Part shown: positions 61,838 to 64,000 of the stretch, in pieces
Layout: the number at the start of each line of letters is the position of its first letter
How positions within the stretch are numbered: the first letter of the stretch is position 1
Assembly (NCBI GenBank): GCA_965644295.1
Contig: CBFFRP010000138.1
Location: 1-64,000 of the forward strand
DNA: 64,000 bases
Source: Paraphysomonas bandaiensis
Lineage: Eukaryota; Protista; Chrysophyceae
Reading direction: 5' to 3'
Position numbers and translations under genes: made by a program
Notes under the pieces: generated by a model
Seen by the model: the letters and a program-made list of their open reading frames with translations, nothing else
Database searches by the model: none
What the model was told of the DNA's origin: nothing

Positions 61838-61960
61838 AAGCATTTGGCTATGAGTGGGCAGAACAAAATCTGCTGACTATATACGGCGGCTCACACTAGT
61901 TTCCCGGAGAAATATGTCCGGTGCTTAGCTATCCCCCAGAGCCCAGAACACCCCGAAAAC
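61838..61960 (-). mobile_element. SINE-like retroposon, head fragment
   Basis: GGGCAGAACAAAATCTGCTGACTATATA...GCGGCTCAC...TAGTTTCCCGGAGAAATAT...CCAGAACACC. Confidence 0.65.
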
Positions 61961-62383
61961 AGAAATTAAGTGCTGAGGGCAGCTTTTAAGTGCTTGTAAT
62001 TAAGCAAAACAGAAAAAGATTTCTTAGTGAACATATAATACATGACGACAATATGTTAAGGAAAACAGAGGTGATATATATGAATATGGTGTGATATGTT
62101 GAGATTAATAATTATATCCCTTTCTTGAAAGTACGTTGTGAGCAACAAGCAAATGTATGGGTTACGTGGCTGTAGTTCAAGGTTAGCTTCAATCCTCAAT
62201 GTACAGTGTAACATATTACGCTATTTACTATTTCCAACCCGTTTCCAATAACTGCAAGTTGGTAAATATGAGTAAATATATTCACAAATACGTGATATCA
62301 GCAAAAAAAAATCTTAAGAGTGAATTTAATAACATTTATTGTTTACCGAAGCATTTCCGGCACGACGACGGTGCTATATCAAC

Positions 62384-64000
62384 TCAGCGGTTTTGGGAGG
62401 CAACCCATTTCTCAACTTTTTCGTGTAACGTGTCAAGAGGTAAGGGTCCTGAATCAAGAAGACAGGTATGGAAAGCTCGAATATCGAAGGAATCTCCAAG
62501 AACACTCTCTGCATGTCTGCGCATTCTCCATATAGCCACTTCTCCAACTTTGTAAGCACCTGTCCACATACATACGTAAGAAACATATATAACAACACTA
62601 CAGGTCCAAATCTACACGGACTATAGAAAACTGGAATGGGTACGTGCACTATAGTGAGTATGTAACGTATAATATGCACGAGAGAAAGCAGTTATCAGAG
62701 GCATCGACGTACATGCTTGTCCAGGCCATGCCTCGTATCGGTAGCACTCTGCCTCCACTTCATGCCGGTGCATGCCTAGAAAACACATCAAAACATAATA
62801 ATACAACCTCTGTAGCTGAATGCATTTGCAACAAAAATCAGGTATGTATTGAAATCTCACAATCACAGAAAAGTAACACGGAGAGAGATACTAAACATTA
62901 CGAGTGACGAAACTAATCGGTGCATTGCATGCTCGCGATAACTATACTATCACCAGCGTACCTGTCTTCTCCATCATGTACTGTATGGCCTCTTCTACAG
63001 TCCATCCTTTAGCATGAATACCAGTGTCTACAACCAATCGAACTGCTCGCATCATTTCCATCGACAAACGACCGAAGAGAGCCATTGGGGTTTTGTAAAG
63101 ACCCATCTCTTCCCCAAGTGCTTCACAGTACAGAGCCCAACCCTCTAGATAAGCGCAGTAGAGATTTCGACGTGCAGGGCAAAACTCATAACGTCTGTCC
63201 TCAATATACCTCAAGAATGGAGGAATCGAAGGGTTTTCTATGGCAAGGGAGCCTTGAAGATGATGTCCTGGCACAGCTTCATGTAGAGCAAGGGCCGGCA
63301 TATTATAGATAGGACGTTTGGTGAGGTTGCTTGTATTTACGAAAAATTTTCCAGGCCGTTTCCCATCAGACGTTCCTGTTGAAATAAAAAATTACTCTAT
63401 ATACATGTCAAACATAAACATTCTCACACTAGGTGGTACTAATTACGATATATATTATCTTTCCCTACCACACTGCGATACTACAGTGTACCTTGCATAT
63501 AATACGCCCCTGGAGCAGTTTCAGCGTCCATACTCACTATCTCCATCTCGCACTTAGGTAATGTCTCAAAATACTTGGGCAGTAATAATTTAATGTGCTT
63601 ATAAAGTATATCGTATCCGTCCAATAAGCTCTGCTTGTGAGAGTAGTATTGGGTTGCACTTTGTACTGGATCTTGACACTTCACAATAAACTCCTGAAGC
63701 GTGCCAGTAAACCCGAGTGGAGCCAAGACTTCTTCTGCATATCTGCGCTCAATCCGGGCGACTTCAGATTGACCAATACTGTGTACCTCCTCAGCTGTCA
63801 TACCTGTCATATATCATTGCATGAACAAGTCGTAAATATCTTACTCACTCACTATACAAACCTACCTGTAGTTGTATGGAACCTCAGACACTGGCGATAC
63901 ACATCTTGACCATTGGGAAGGTTGCCTGCGCCAGTTCCTGACCTAACGGAAGGCAGGTACTCATTCCGGAAGAACTCCAACAAACGGCCGATCACCTCTT
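62384..64000 (-). CDS. DUF885 family protein (zincin-like), intron-containing, continues beyond the window
   Basis: EEVHSIGQSEVARI, APGAYY, ALHEAVPGHHLQ, AYLEGWALYCE, RAVRLVVDTGIH, RYEAWPGQA, FDIRAFH...GPLPL. Confidence 0.9.

Overview
Eukaryotic genomic DNA: compact genes with short (about 50-150 bp) GT-AG introns, from a flagellated protist, most likely a stramenopile (inference from gene content and style; an outer dynein arm docking-complex gene is present). Bases 1-7743 hold an intact, very young Ty3/Gypsy chromovirus-like LTR retrotransposon whose LTRs look identical by eye. It has several non-canonical features: gag and pol in one frame separated only by TGA-CAA plus a hairpin (readthrough candidate), an RT active site reading IFDN instead of YxDD, a CCCH-like Gag finger, no TGG-type tRNA primer site, and an extra domain after the chromodomain. 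It appears inserted into the 3' end of a non-LTR retrotransposon. That LINE-like 3' tail is shared with a roughly 480-bp SINE-like family; together they give about 9-10 copies, several with 12-13 bp TSDs, a GNRA-capped hairpin in the tail and an HDV-ribozyme-like motif order in the head. Two non-autonomous hAT families with 8-bp TSDs are nested with these. Host genes: two paralogous small membrane proteins, TPR-SET methyltransferase, PEX12, cytochrome b5, GT61 glycosyltransferase, cNMP-binding protein, secreted PT-repeat protein, RRM/winged-helix protein, ODA-DC2-like, acidic repeat protein, 2OG-Fe(II) oxygenase, D-amino acid oxidase, protein kinase, cyclin, TPR-DnaJ protein and an intron-containing DUF885 gene. 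Exon boundaries were read by eye and are approximate.
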